A stretch of 64,000 bases of DNA from Eledone cirrhosa. Taxonomy: Eukaryota. The DNA is taken from positions 48,670,001-48,734,000 of the forward strand of contig OZ024749.1 in assembly GCA_964016885.1 (NCBI GenBank). The letters run 5' to 3'. Below are positions 42,142-55,754 of this stretch, piece by piece (position 1 is the stretch's first letter; each line of letters opens with the position of its first letter). The position numbers and the translations under genes were made by a program. Under the pieces are notes generated by a model, which searched no databases, was not told the DNA's origin, and saw only the letters and a list, made by a program, of their open reading frames with translations.

Positions 42142-43356
42142 AATCGAAAGAAAAAAAGTAGGAGGAGATGTATCTTGGCCTGCTAATAGTGTATTTAATA
42201 TACTACCAAATGAGAAAATTAGATGTTATTTCTAAAGGTGGGATCGGCCTCCATCCACCTACAAAGAAATAAATCTATAAATAATGTAATGTACAGCAAG
42301 TATGCGGGAACATGTGAATTGGCATGCATAAAATGACAGTAGGGGCAATTTCAAATCTCACATGAAACTGGAAAAGGCACGAATTGCGCAATTGCTTCAT
42401 CCCTCTACACCAGAAATTGCGGATTAATAAACATATAGGGGAATGAAATATAACGGAAAGAACATGAAAAGCAAAAAATTGTAGCTGATTTTCTCCATGT
42501 TTACAGCTGAAATCCCTCGAGAGATTTATGGATGATTTTATGTAAACTTGTATATAAATAATATTATGTGAGATCATAAAGAAGGATTAGCGCAACGAGA
42601 AAATATTTCCTTACGCATAATATGACGTTAAGGAGCTGTTTTTTCGTTAGTTTATTTGTGTGTTTTTAGCGTATACATACACATATTTATATTATACAAA
42701 TAAATGATATTCAGAAATATAACGTGGGTATGCTGATCAGGTGTGGCACGACTATGCCTTATTTATTATTACGTTGGCTCTGTTGTTTGTTTATGCAGCA
42801 TTTGCCAGCTGTTCCCAAAGATTTATATTAAATCAATTACTTACACTCTTCATAGAATGAATAATCTTTGCTTATTTTGTCGTCCCTCCTTTACACATCT
42901 GGGTATTAAGTTTCCAATACGTCATCATGCAAACCCATAACTTTCTCTCCCAGATCTTCAATATTTACAAATTATGGCTGCTAACATCACTATGCTTTTC
43001 ATTTTTACTTTTGTTGTTTTTATTTTTAGGTATGAAATCGTTTCAGTGAAAATTTTAAAAGTCATTCATTAAGGCCCCTAACTATTTTTGACACATTCTA
43101 TGGAGGTGAAAAATCGAATAAATGCTTCTAAAAAGCTTTTAAAGTATATCTGACGAACTAATTAATTTTAAAATATTCATGTCGCAACGATTCTTTACAC
43201 TCTTTTTAAGTGTGTGGAAAAAAGAAATTATTTAGCTAATTATATATTTATGTATTTAATGCACGTTTAAAATTATGGATAAAAAATAACAAATATTTGG
43301 AAGCTGTTGCATTTACATTCATGCTCGATAGAATTATGCTTAAGATATTCCTTTTA

Positions 43357-43424
<68 letters not shown>

Positions 43425-43834
43425 ATATAATGGTTATATATAATAGAGTGTCGAGTGATGAGATCCAAATGTTTGACTTGCAGTTAACACCTTTAATATA
43501 TTAATGTAACTTGAGTTTTTCAAGAACTGTTCGTACTGAAATGTGGCGTCGTCAGAAACTGGTTGTGTTGATTCATTTGTGTAATAGTGAGAAGAAGCGA
43601 GAAGAAAAGAGTTCTAATTGGGAAGGTGTGACATATTTAAATCGTAGACACAGTGATGAGAACCGAAGCATACATCCATCAGAAATTGAAGCCCAAATGT
43701 TTCCACACTTTCAGGAACATTACCACCTTTCTAGAGAAACAATTATAACCAACATACTATTTTCTGTTATACTCTGCCACATTTATGTGTATAAGCGGGC
43801 ATACAAACATACATACACTGACGCACGTGCATCG

Positions 43835-43873
<39 letters not shown>

Positions 43874-45406
43874 GGGGGGGGGGGCGTATGTGTGCGTGTG
43901 TGTTTGTGTGTCTGTGTCTGGGTGTCTGTGTGTGTCTGCGTGTGATATATTCTATGAACATCTCTTCAGTACTTTTTTCGAGAAGTTGACCTTAAAGAAA
44001 TACAAACTCAGGAAGCGAAGGGAAGAACCTACATGATATTAGGTATCATACTTGGCATCCATGTGTCTTTGTATCGCTTGAATGCAATATTTACAGATAT
44101 AATTATAATGGAATTGCTCATCAGAATTCTAGGTGTAGATTTAGGGATCTATCAGTATGTACTATTCGCAATAGTGTATTTGCAATCTTCAAAATTGCAA
44201 TTTTCCATACAAAACAAAATTAGAAAAAAAATGTATTTAATATTGTGCACATTGAGAGAAATACACTTGCAGTTTAAACAAGATTTACAACACTGCAAAT
44301 TTTACAATAAAGTTACAACGACCATATATAAAGAAACCTCACCTACCTTCTCAGTTTCACTTCCATCTCTTTCTAGACATATTTCGTTTCACATTACTGC
44401 TGGACAATTCGTAGATGTGATGCAGAATTCACGAACGAACAAAATGATAAAGAGAAGTCACACTTACCTAGAAACCAAAAAAAAAAGAAGAAAAATATCT
44501 ATTAACAATATATCACATATTTAGAGAATATATGTAAATGTGTTCAACAGATTATGTTTGAAGTGACTGAATTCCATGAATATAGTATCATACATATTTA
44601 GATTTAAAGCTATTTGAAATCATTGGGAAACAAATAGGAGTTTAAAGGTAATGTTGATAAGAAGTGTGGTTCTAAGTTAAAAGACACATACACAGAAATA
44701 TAGAATAAGGTAAATTAATCAATAGAAATATTATACATCGATACACAAGGAAGGTGATCAATCGGACCAAATGTGGTTTATTTTTCTACATATTTCACGG
44801 GAAAAATCTATGCAATTATTAATAAGAAGAGTTGAAATTAATACGTGAAAGAGATTTCACAGCCCTATCATCACTTCTTCACACTCACCCTATAAATTGT
44901 TCAACCGAACCGTCTATGATATCAGAAAACAGAGGGGAATAATTCATAGCGAAATTCATTTGCTCTCTTATTCTAAACGCATTTTCCAATTCGTCACGAA
45001 TCCAAACTGGTCTCGTATGTGTCGAAATGAAAGTAAGTTCATATATATACACGTCGGTGCGTAAATTGCTGATGCCAATCATTTTGTACTCGTTTGCTTC
45101 CCTATTTGTTTATCCTTGTATTTCGTTGCTTCTAGGTTGTTTGCATCGTCAGTTAGTATATTTACTTCAAGTTTTCATCTCTTTGTTTATATATTTTTTA
45201 TAATTTTGCTATGTACGATATCATATAACTAACTATAGTGAACGTACGTGAAGTTTTTTACATCTGGCAATCATATAATATTAAAAAAGCAAAGCTCTCC
45301 ATGCCTCTCAGTAGGTAGGTCGAAATGAAAAGAATTAATAATGTCAAACAGATTCGTCTTGAATAAAAATATTTAAGATGAATTATATGTCATTATTTAA
45401 CACACC

Positions 45407-45481
45407 ACGGGGTCGATAAAATAAAGTACCAGTAATGTACTGGGTAATTGCTGGCCTTGTGCCTAAAGTAGAAACAATTAT
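45407..45481 (+). mobile_element. SINE family A, 3' fragment
   Basis: ggggtcgataaaataaagtaccagtaatgtactgggtaattgctggccttgtgcc. Confidence 0.85.
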
Positions 45482-45831
45482 ATAACACACCACTGGCAAT
45501 GTGCGCACATATATGCATAAATGTGTGTGTCTGTGAGACAGTGCATATGTAAATATATGAATGTATATATATGTTGTGTGCGTTTGTGTGTGTCTGTGTG
45601 TTTATGAGTGTGTCTGTATGTGTGTGTGTTTGTGCGTGCTTGCGTATGTTTGCGTGTTTGTGTGTGTTACATTCAATTCTACAACGAAGACATAATAGGG
45701 ATAAATGCAAGAACATGTGTTTCGTGCAGTGAATGAGGAATTTGTTGAAACACTGAAGTTGAATAAGTGTGGTGAAAGAAATGCAAGACGGTGTGTTCTC
45801 CAAACTTTGGATACTCTTTCCAAATTATATA

Positions 45832-45930
45832 CAGGATCTTCCCAAAAGATGTATACACACTTCAACAGCATTCAAATAAATAATGCCTGTACAGGTAATC
45901 AATGCGTGTATACCTTTTGGGGAGACCCTG
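45832..45930. mobile_element. Tc1/mariner-type MITE (~99 bp) with TA target duplication
   Basis: TA|CAGGATCTTCCCAAAAGATGTATACAC ... GTGTATACCTTTTGGGGAGACCCTG|TA (imperfect ~25-bp TIRs). Confidence 0.75.
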
Positions 45931-47169
45931 TACATATATACATATTTTTCTATAAGTACATATGCGTGTATCAGTTCGCGCGTGTGTTTTTGTATTTATG
46001 TACACGCTAGAAGTGGCGAATGTTTAGGTGATAAGTGAGGGCAGCGTGTCTCAATAACTTCAGCTAACTAGGTGGAAAACTAATTGGTTTTCCAGTAGAA
46101 TTGCAGAATAGGAATTAGGTAAATCGTCTGTGCCCTAGCTATATTTACGTGTCATTGAGTGATGCCATACAAACCAGGTTGATTTTCTTTCTTTGTATAT
46201 TGTATGCTGTGTTTGTGTGTGAAGCAGCTGATCATCCGAAATTGAAACTCACGGAAAAATCTTTCTCAGCTTTATTGAAGATTAGTATATAGGTTTGATG
46301 AAAGATTCCGATGTTATTTTCTGATATTAAGGATGGGTATTTGTGTAGTGTTGTCTATAGAAATAGTGGGAAACAAGCATGTGGAGCGAAGGAATCATTG
46401 TTGCTTCAGTGTTAGGTTACGTGTGAATGACGTTTGAAAAGTGAATGTCAGGAAGGAATTTAAGTAATTGTTGTGAGAGTAAGCATGTAATTGTTTGTTT
46501 AATATGTGTGGGCCTGGGCGTGGGAGTGGGCTGGCGACTATTTTGTCAATGCATACGTTGTTGGGAAGGAAACGATCCGCAATTCATACCACATTTGCTA
46601 ATGAGTGGACCAGTGAAAAGAAGAAAATCGTGCGATTAACTATTGTGTGCCTTTGGGAGGATATCTCTCTAAGAAATAAGACAAGACATTTGACAGTAAA
46701 TTCTGGACAAAGACTGACATATTTGAAGATTGAAACATCAAAACTTTGAAATACGTGATGTTATCGAGAGAAACGACATTTAACTAAGTCTTCTCGATGT
46801 AAATTCATTGGTTAATTCGACTGAAAAATGAAATAGCTCGGGGACTATGATGAGTGAAATACGCAGTTATTTGGGATGATAGAGATAAGTGCAATAGTAT
46901 GGTAGTGGGCAGGTTCAGATGTGTTACACTTATTGGAAATATATGTAGACTCTCATACGTTTCTAAGTAACATACAGAGAAAAAACAGAGAGAGGAGGGA
47001 GAGAGAAAGACGGAGAGAAAGAGGAAAGGTAGATAGAGAGTTAACAAATCGAAGATATTTATAGAATCCAGTTGAGCACGAAAATGTTAAAAGTAATGAG
47101 TAAATATGTCTGATTTACTATATCGTATGTATAATATCAATTTGAGTGGAGTAGAAAGTACAGTGCATC

Positions 47170-47315
47170 GGCCCCAGTGCGTGTCTGGTACTTTATTTTA
47201 TTAACCCTGTAAGTATGAAAGGCAAACCTAACTAAGATGGCATTTAACTCAGAAACTAAAGGGCCATAACATTATGCCACTAAGCATGTTGCTCGACGCC
47301 CTACCAATTCTGCCC
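47170..47315 (-). mobile_element. SINE family A, diverged
   Basis: ctggtactttatttt..atgaaaggcaaa..ctaccaattctgcc. Confidence 0.7.
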
Positions 47316-47533
47316 ATGCCCCAGCAATGATGTTGCAATCGACTACCATTAGTTAATGGACACTATCAAATAGTCACACATATTGCAATAGTTAGTGGTT
47401 TCCTAAAAGGGTGTGAGACGTTGCCTTCTCAAGTGTAAATATCAATTTAAAAATATATTTAGAAAGCGCACACACCACAATCATACAAACAGATACCCAT
47501 ACACATCAAACTTGCACATAGCAACACACCCAC

Positions 47534-47934
<401 letters not shown>

Positions 47935-47938
47935 GTGT

Positions 47939-48312
47939 CAGGGGCGAAGGATCCGTGCATGCAACGCATGCAGTGTATGTGTTATATAATCTTGAGTTGA
48001 TCAATTGCGTCGGTTGAAGCAAGCAGAATTTTGGCTGCTTACTAAAACGTATAGACACACAAAAGATAACACATACGCGCACACATACACACCCACGACA
48101 GTTTTGGGGCAAGCAGAATTTTGACTGCTTACTAAATCGTAGACAAATAAAAATATAACACACACTAGATAACACTATGTGCGGCTTTGACTAGGATGGT
48201 CATTTAGAGGGAATTGTGTATGTGTGTGTGGGGGGGGGGGTCTGCACAGCCCCACTTTCCGCCATGGAGATTGGACTGCATGCCCTGCTTTCCCGGTTAC
48301 ACTCCGCCACTG
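47939..48312. mobile_element. Possible hAT-like MITE
   Basis: Termini CAGGGGCGAA and TCCGCCACTG (reverse complement CAGTGGCGGA); internal direct repeat aagcagaattttg.ctgcttactaaa at 48021 and 48111; TA-rich flanks. Confidence 0.5.
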
Positions 48313-48356
48313 ATATATATATATATATATATGAAGAGAGAGAGAGAGAGAGAGAG

Positions 48357-48426
<70 letters not shown>

Positions 48427-49045
48427 TAACATGCGAAAAGATGACTTGACATATATATATACATATGGTAATAGAGAGAGAGAGGGATATAGAGAGGGAA
48501 AGTGATACCATACATATATACGAAGGGGGGAGGGGGCGTGTGTGTGTTTATGTGTGGGAATGTATGTAAATATCGTTTTTGTTTTCTATGTGATACACGA
48601 AATTCACTTAATTATAGATCTAATTAATTCATTCTATGAGCTAGACATTGACGTCAGATTTCTTGACACAGAGTTTATAAAATTACATATATATATATAC
48701 ATAAACGTATACGTGCTGCATACATGTACAGCTATCAACATCTCAAAAGAAGCTCATCATGCATTAAATCATGGCCAAATCATAGCAATACGCCCTATAG
48801 TCTGCAACACGTTAGATAATATGGTGCTGGTCATAAAAAGATACACGCTGATCTCAGTTGCACAGAGTTTGATTACCATCTACTGTCTCAGTATTGAAGC
48901 CTTCTTTGACAATCTAATGGGGATTCTGACGATGCATGAATGACTAAGGCTGACAATGTTTATTATTTTTCTTTATATTTCAGGTGTTTCAGATATATAC
49001 ATCCATTCATACATACATACATACATACATACATACATACATACA

Positions 49046-49168
<123 letters not shown>

Positions 49169-49467
49169 ATACGTTTATATATATATATATATTTCCTTTT
49201 CGCCCGTTTCGTTCAGCCTCACTTTCATATTTCCTGAATTTTGTTTTCAAATCCATATTGATAAAAACACCATGTTTGTTATTCATTCTGACGACTGAAG
49301 ACAGACACACCATCTGCATTCAAGAAACCACTGGTAAATGAAATAATTATCTTATGTTATTTATTACATAACTAATAAGCTCTGTAGCCTACATATTGCA
49401 CTCTTTCTTCCTGTACCTTTCCGACGGAAATACTTCATTCACACACACGCATATGTATATATATATA

Positions 49468-50476
49468 CATGACACGGCACTCTCAGAACTAATATGGTCC
49501 TTAAAAGACAAAAATATTAACTACAACATCTCTTGGAGGAAGGTTTGCAACACCTCTCCTTACCGGAATTCTTCCCTATCCAGAACATGTAAACTCTTCC
49601 TATTCGAAAAATTGACCATTATCTCTAATTTTAATTATATAATAAATAGACGTACGGATTTATTTTCGCTCTGCTTGCATAACTCCCATAGAACATTCCA
49701 TAAAGTATACAGCTAATATCTCAATACCTAATTAGTTTAAAATCTTCTTTTCTCAAACGCTTTTATATATTTTACAAATATACCCATCTTTCTACCTTAT
49801 TTCAATATATTATATTATACAAATTACTCATTCTATGTCGTTAGCGGTCCCTATTGTTCTTCTTGTTTATCCTTTTTACTTTCTTCCTTTTTTCTTTTTT
49901 AATTTCTAATCTTTAATCTGTAACTTTTAATTCTCAATTACTTCTTAATTCATATTATTACTCACTATAGCATTTTCCTTATATTCTTGGTCATACAAAC
50001 TATATTTTTAATATATACTAATATTACCATTAGTAAATTTTGTAAACATATATATATATATTTTTTTGACGTTATATTTTTTCCTCCTTAAATTTTCTTC
50101 TTTCTTCTTTCCTTCCGTGCTCGTATTAAACCTATTATTTACTTTTTCATATTACAATACATAAAAACAAACTTAAACCCTAACTAATTGCTCTAAGTTC
50201 ATAATTCATTTAATCACTTCTTCATTCACCTTATATCCTTAATATTTTTATTTTAATAATATATATTAATAAATTCCTTTTCGCACATATTATTAAACAC
50301 TTCAATATGTAAACCTTAAAATAAATACTATTCTTAATTCCTTTTTCTTTAATCATAAACATCACCATTCATAAACCTCATTAACTTATAATTTCAGAAT
50401 TTTAAAAAAAATTATGTATTATCTTACAAAGTTTTTTTCATATTTTCTCTGTGAGACAGTGTTTCTCAGTATTAAA

Positions 50477-50525
<49 letters not shown>

Positions 50526-50830
50526 ATTTCTCCTCCTCTCTCATCCTTCCTTCTTATACTCCGCCCCCTGTCATCCTTTATTTTCTTTCTTCCTCTTCCT
50601 TAACTTTTCCTTCTCCCCCTCCTCCTTTTTTTCCCAATCTCATATATCCACCTTACTTTATTTTTCATATGTTGATTTAACACTTCACAGCTCGCAAGTG
50701 TTTTTTTAAGTTTCATATCATGTCTCCCTATTTTATCTGATGAGAACGCAAATATCATCCCATGATGATATTTGTTTTTGAAATGCGCATAATAAAATAC
50801 ATGGAACTCCTTTAACCATCTTTTGATCTT
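49468..50830 (+). mobile_element. 5'-truncated Penelope-like element: GIY-YIG C-terminus plus ~1.1-kb pyrimidine-rich 3' UTR/pLTR
   Basis: TALSELIWSLKDKNINYNISW..PY..CKLFLFEKLTI..INRRTDLFSLCLH (stop at 49716) fits the PLE endonuclease C-terminal pattern. The element is flanked by (TA)n and has a hammerhead near its 3' end. Confidence 0.82.
50729..50799 (+). ncRNA. Minimal type I hammerhead ribozyme (Penelope-type)
   Basis: Stem I TATTTTAT (50729-36) pairs with ATAAAATA (50792-99). Core is CTGATGA (50737-43), stem II CAAATATCATC/GATGATATTTG, then GAAA (50780-83), palindromic stem III ATGCGCAT and UH = TA (50790-91). Confidence 0.85.
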
Positions 50831-51268
50831 ATATTATATATATATATATATATATATAATATAGTCTTTTAAATTATTTAGAAGTGAAGCATATCAATTT
50901 GTCTCTGGATGTTTACTGAGGAGAGCGGGACTTGATAGTCCTACACTTATTTAACTCGAAACATATTTGGATCTTAAAGTCTAAACTTATCTACGGAACA
51001 GGTTTGATTTTGAAATTTAAATGTGTCTAAACATCACGGCCTTTTGCCAATACAGTTCGTCTCCGTTGATTTATTATTTTAAATCGATATGGACAAACTG
51101 TAGTATAATAATTAGTATACTTCAATCTGGCTAAATTTTTCTTTCGCAATATATATACAGATGTGTTGGTATCTGTGTTTCATCACATACATATTAATTT
51201 ATACACTGCTCATGGGATATATTTTTTCCCCATTCGAGCTGATTCCATTGTAAAAGAATTCATTACCT

Positions 51269-51330
<62 letters not shown>

Positions 51331-51334
<4 letters not shown>

Positions 51335-51661
51335 ATTCAAGAGACAAGAGTAACATGATTGTCTGTACAATAATGACTTTATCCACAGTGCTGATAACTG
51401 TTTCTTTGATCTGGTAGGTTTAGAGTTAGCTAATCGCTAGATGTTGCTTCAATCGAACTCCAATACTTTATTTATAACCAGTTAATTCATCAGAGCAAGC
51501 GATGAATTAACTGGTTATAAACCATGTATTGGAGTTCGATTGACGCAACATCTAGCGATTAGCGAACTCTAGACCTACCAGATCAAAGAAACAATTGTCA
51601 GCACTATGAATAAAGTCCTTATTGTACAGACAACCATGTTACTCTTATCTCTTGAATTATT
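51331..51661. repeat. ~160-bp-arm hairpin next to (TA)n
   Basis: 51331-51491 is the reverse complement of 51501-51661, with a 9-nt loop AGAGCAAGC. Confidence 0.9.
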
Positions 51662-51827
51662 ATTACTCCAAGTATAACCTACATAGAAATCACCGTGAAG
51701 TCGCTGCATCACTATGGAAGCGTCTTGTTGAGGCCATCTAAGCCATACGTTAATACCATCCACAACACGGAGTATTCTAACTGGACTACTTCTAATTGGA
51801 TTGGCTATAACGATAAATTGTTATCCC

Positions 51828-51895
<68 letters not shown>

Positions 51896-51980
51896 TTATA
51901 TATATACATTCTTATATATATATACCTACATTTACATTCACCACTATATATCTACACAAACCATTTCATTCATGTGTATA

Positions 51981-52039
<59 letters not shown>

Positions 52040-52050
52040 CACACACACAT

Positions 52051-52106
<56 letters not shown>

Positions 52107-53127
52107 CCAGGTCTCGGCTTCCTCCCTAAAATTCCATTTTTATCATAGCTTATTGCAATCCATACAGGCATCAACATTAGTGAAGCATAACTATAATCTT
52201 TTATAAAAGACAGAGCACGAACTTAGGGACATCTTTGAGGTGATTGATGTTTACTTTGGATATGTAAACATGTAGGTAATGTGCAATGTTTAAGTGGTGT
52301 AGAGTTACATACGCCATACGGCTGCCAGAAAATATCTACAATGGATGATGTATGAGTTCAAGAGACTTCCTGCTATAATCGGGCTTAACCTTTTCTTAGA
52401 GTATTCTCTGACATTCTGTGACATATAACATTAATTTACGTTTACAGTCACCCCGCTGTGAAAAGCATTTTCATTGCTTTAACATTTATGAATTTCTAAA
52501 ACAACATTGATCTCGTTCATCATGATAAGTGAGGCTTTTCTTACATAAAGGATTCGTTGATTTTATAAATAATAAATTATTACATTGTCACAGAATTTCA
52601 AATATGCATCAGTTGGGTAGAATTTACAATTATTTAACTGATATTCTCATCTAAGATCCTAAAAATGGAAATGAAAGTGGCTCTTAAAGGGTATGTAACT
52701 AACACATTAAATAGAGAACTGAAGATTAATTAAAGACGCCCTTAACCCTACAGATGGACGAGGACTTATCATATCTCAGTTTATTGTTTCTAAAGTATTA
52801 GACGAATATCCATTGCATATTTGACCCTAAATTACAACTGATACGCGTTTCCCCTTTCATCCGATTAAACCAGCCTCAAAAAATGTACTTAAAATACAGG
52901 CGGCGACCGAAATGCTGATTGAAACTAAGACACATCTCTGGGAGATCAACGGAGTAATTCCCAGTTCACATGCTTTCACCACTATGAAGAGGAATGGGTG
53001 AAAACAAAACAAATAAATGTAAATAATGTAAAGGGTTTTACAATTCATCGTTTCCTTTACATTTTGACATATTGAAATAAACAATTATGAATTCAATGAC
53101 AAACACACACACACAATATATATATAT

Positions 53128-53564
53128 AATGATATTAAACAAGTGGAAACTATATTTATTTTACCATATTTATTTTATTATATGATACCAATACAGATTG
53201 GTACGCTTTCATCAGATACAATACAAAGTGTGTTTTATAAATAGAGGCATACCCATGAAAATCATACCTTATCGGTTCGATGAGGTACGATTTTCATGGG
53301 TATGCCTCTATTTACCCGAATAGTATGATTGTTATGGGTATGTCTCTACTTATGAAACAAACCTTGTATTTTATCTGATGAAAGCGTACCAATGTGTCTT
53401 CGTACCCTTGAAATATATATAATAAAATAAATATGGTTTTATAAATAGAGCTTCCATTTATTTAATATCATTGAACATTTACTCCAGTAAAGATGTTGAG
53501 TGATCTAAATCAGTTATAAACATTTATATTTGTCGGACTTCCAACAAATTAAATACCCCGTCTA

Positions 53565-53568
<4 letters not shown>
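53128..53568. mobile_element. Fold-back Penelope-type pLTR element between (TA)n tracts
   Basis: Arms 53128-53274 and 53278-53472 are reverse complements around a GTT loop; the right arm contains the hammerhead. Confidence 0.75.
53367..53429 (+). ncRNA. Minimal type I hammerhead ribozyme (Penelope-type)
   Basis: Stem I TATTTTAT/ATAAAATA, CTGATGA (53375-81), stem II AAGCGTAC/GTACCCTT (one mismatch), GAAA (53410-13), palindromic ATATATAT, and UA cleavage site. Confidence 0.78.
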
Positions 53569-53660
<92 letters not shown>

Positions 53661-53831
53661 AGATGTGTTTGAATGTGCATATTTTAGAATTCTGTGTATA
53701 TATGAATTTAGATAATACATGATGTAAACTGAGAGTAACTGAAACCAGAAGCTCTATAATACTAATAACATCATAAACTTGATGGAGTAGAGTTGAAATA
53801 TATCTTCCACCATTATTTAAATTGTGGATTG

Positions 53832-54214
53832 GGCGGTGGATTGGCAGTATCGGTAGAGGGTTGGACGCCATGCTTTCCAGCATAGTTACGTCCCTTTACG
53901 ATCTGAGTTAAAATCCCGCTGAGGTTGAATTTGCCTTTCATCCTTACAGGGTCGATAAAATAAAGTACCAGTAATGCACTGGGTAATTGCTGGCCTTGTG
54001 CCTAAAGTAGAAATCATTATTTCAATTGTGGATTAGCAGTATCGGTAGAGGGCTGGACGCCGGGCTTTGCAGCAAAGAGTTACGGCCCTTTATGGTGTGT
54101 GTTCAAATCACGCCGCGGTTAACTTTGCCTTCATCCTTACGGGGTCGATAAAATAAAGTACCAGTAATGTACTGGTGAATTGCTGGCCTTGTGCCAAAAG
54201 TAGAAACAATTATT
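53832..54214 (+). mobile_element. SINE family A head-to-tail dimer (53832-54020 and 54027-54214)
   Basis: Two complete copies. Confidence 0.9.
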
Positions 54215-54341
54215 TAAATTGTATATAGTGAAAAGAAGAATATATGACACAATAAAGAATTCGTGAGTCATATACCAATTTAAATATCCTTGCCTTTTCT
54301 GATTACTTTCTTGTATATATCTATATCGTATCCTATATGAC

Positions 54342-54407
<66 letters not shown>

Positions 54408-55510
54408 GTATAAATATAAGTATAAACAAGTATCCACGCACGCATAAACACAGGCATTGTGTTTGTAGCTTTACTGGACGAATTGTGAGACGATATCCAC
54501 TAGGTCATATCATTTTCACTGGGTTATCCATCAAAGTAGACATTTGATGTGATATTCTGTAAAACCTGCGGTACAATAATATTGACAACTACTAGAACGT
54601 GGTGTGATTAAATTAATAAAAAAAAAGTGAAATGAACAAGTCTGAACATTTATTGGTTGTGTATTTCGCACCGATATACAAACCAATACCGTCTGACGGA
54701 CGGTTTTCGCATCAGAAATTATTATAACCTATTGTGTGAGTACTTGCATGTGTGTGTGTAAACATTATTCATACATTAGATGTAAGTATCTCTCTCAGTA
54801 AAGATGCACCTAAATCTTTGACATCCGATCAACTATGTGGAAATATATTCTATTGCATCATTAAGCTTTTCAAGACTGAAGCATTTAATTGATTACACCA
54901 CACCAACCTTTGGTTTCATTATAGGTATGATTATTAACTGATTTTATTTTCAGCAACCACATTTAAGGCTTTGTATGTGGTTTTGCTATATTATATTTCT
55001 ATAATGTGTCTTTCATGTAATATTATATATAGGGTTTGCTATCTACATTCTTTAAAAGTTCCTTCTGAATTCGACTTTCAGAGGCATGGATTACATCAAA
55101 TAATACGAAAACAAATTAATAACGCTGTACAAGCCAATTATATTCAACAACCGACTAAGAATCGGTTTCTCGCCAACCTTTCAGAATAGTGTTTGGCAGG
55201 CTGCCTTCAGCTGGCAGTTTATCACATTTTATGAACGACTTGAGCGGGAAACGATGGGTGATAACTGCGGCTTAGAGATCGGATCGGAAGTACATTGCTA
55301 GGTTAATGTTCTGTTTATATATGTGTTAAAAGAATTTCCAACGTAAATCTATTTTAAAGCTGCCCATCTCGCAGGCTATATTACGTATGAGTCAATATCG
55401 TGTTCCACATTGTATCTAACCAAATGCATACACTGACTCACATATATACAGACGTACATAGACACCCAAACACATACACCACACACACATACATACATGT
55501 ATACATATAT

Positions 55511-55587
<77 letters not shown>

Positions 55588-55632
55588 TATATCATGTATA
55601 CTCACACACAAACACACACACACATATACATA

Positions 55633-55754
<122 letters not shown>

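Noticed and set aside
44033-44524. 163-aa ORF
   Set aside because: AT-rich composition and no recognisable motif
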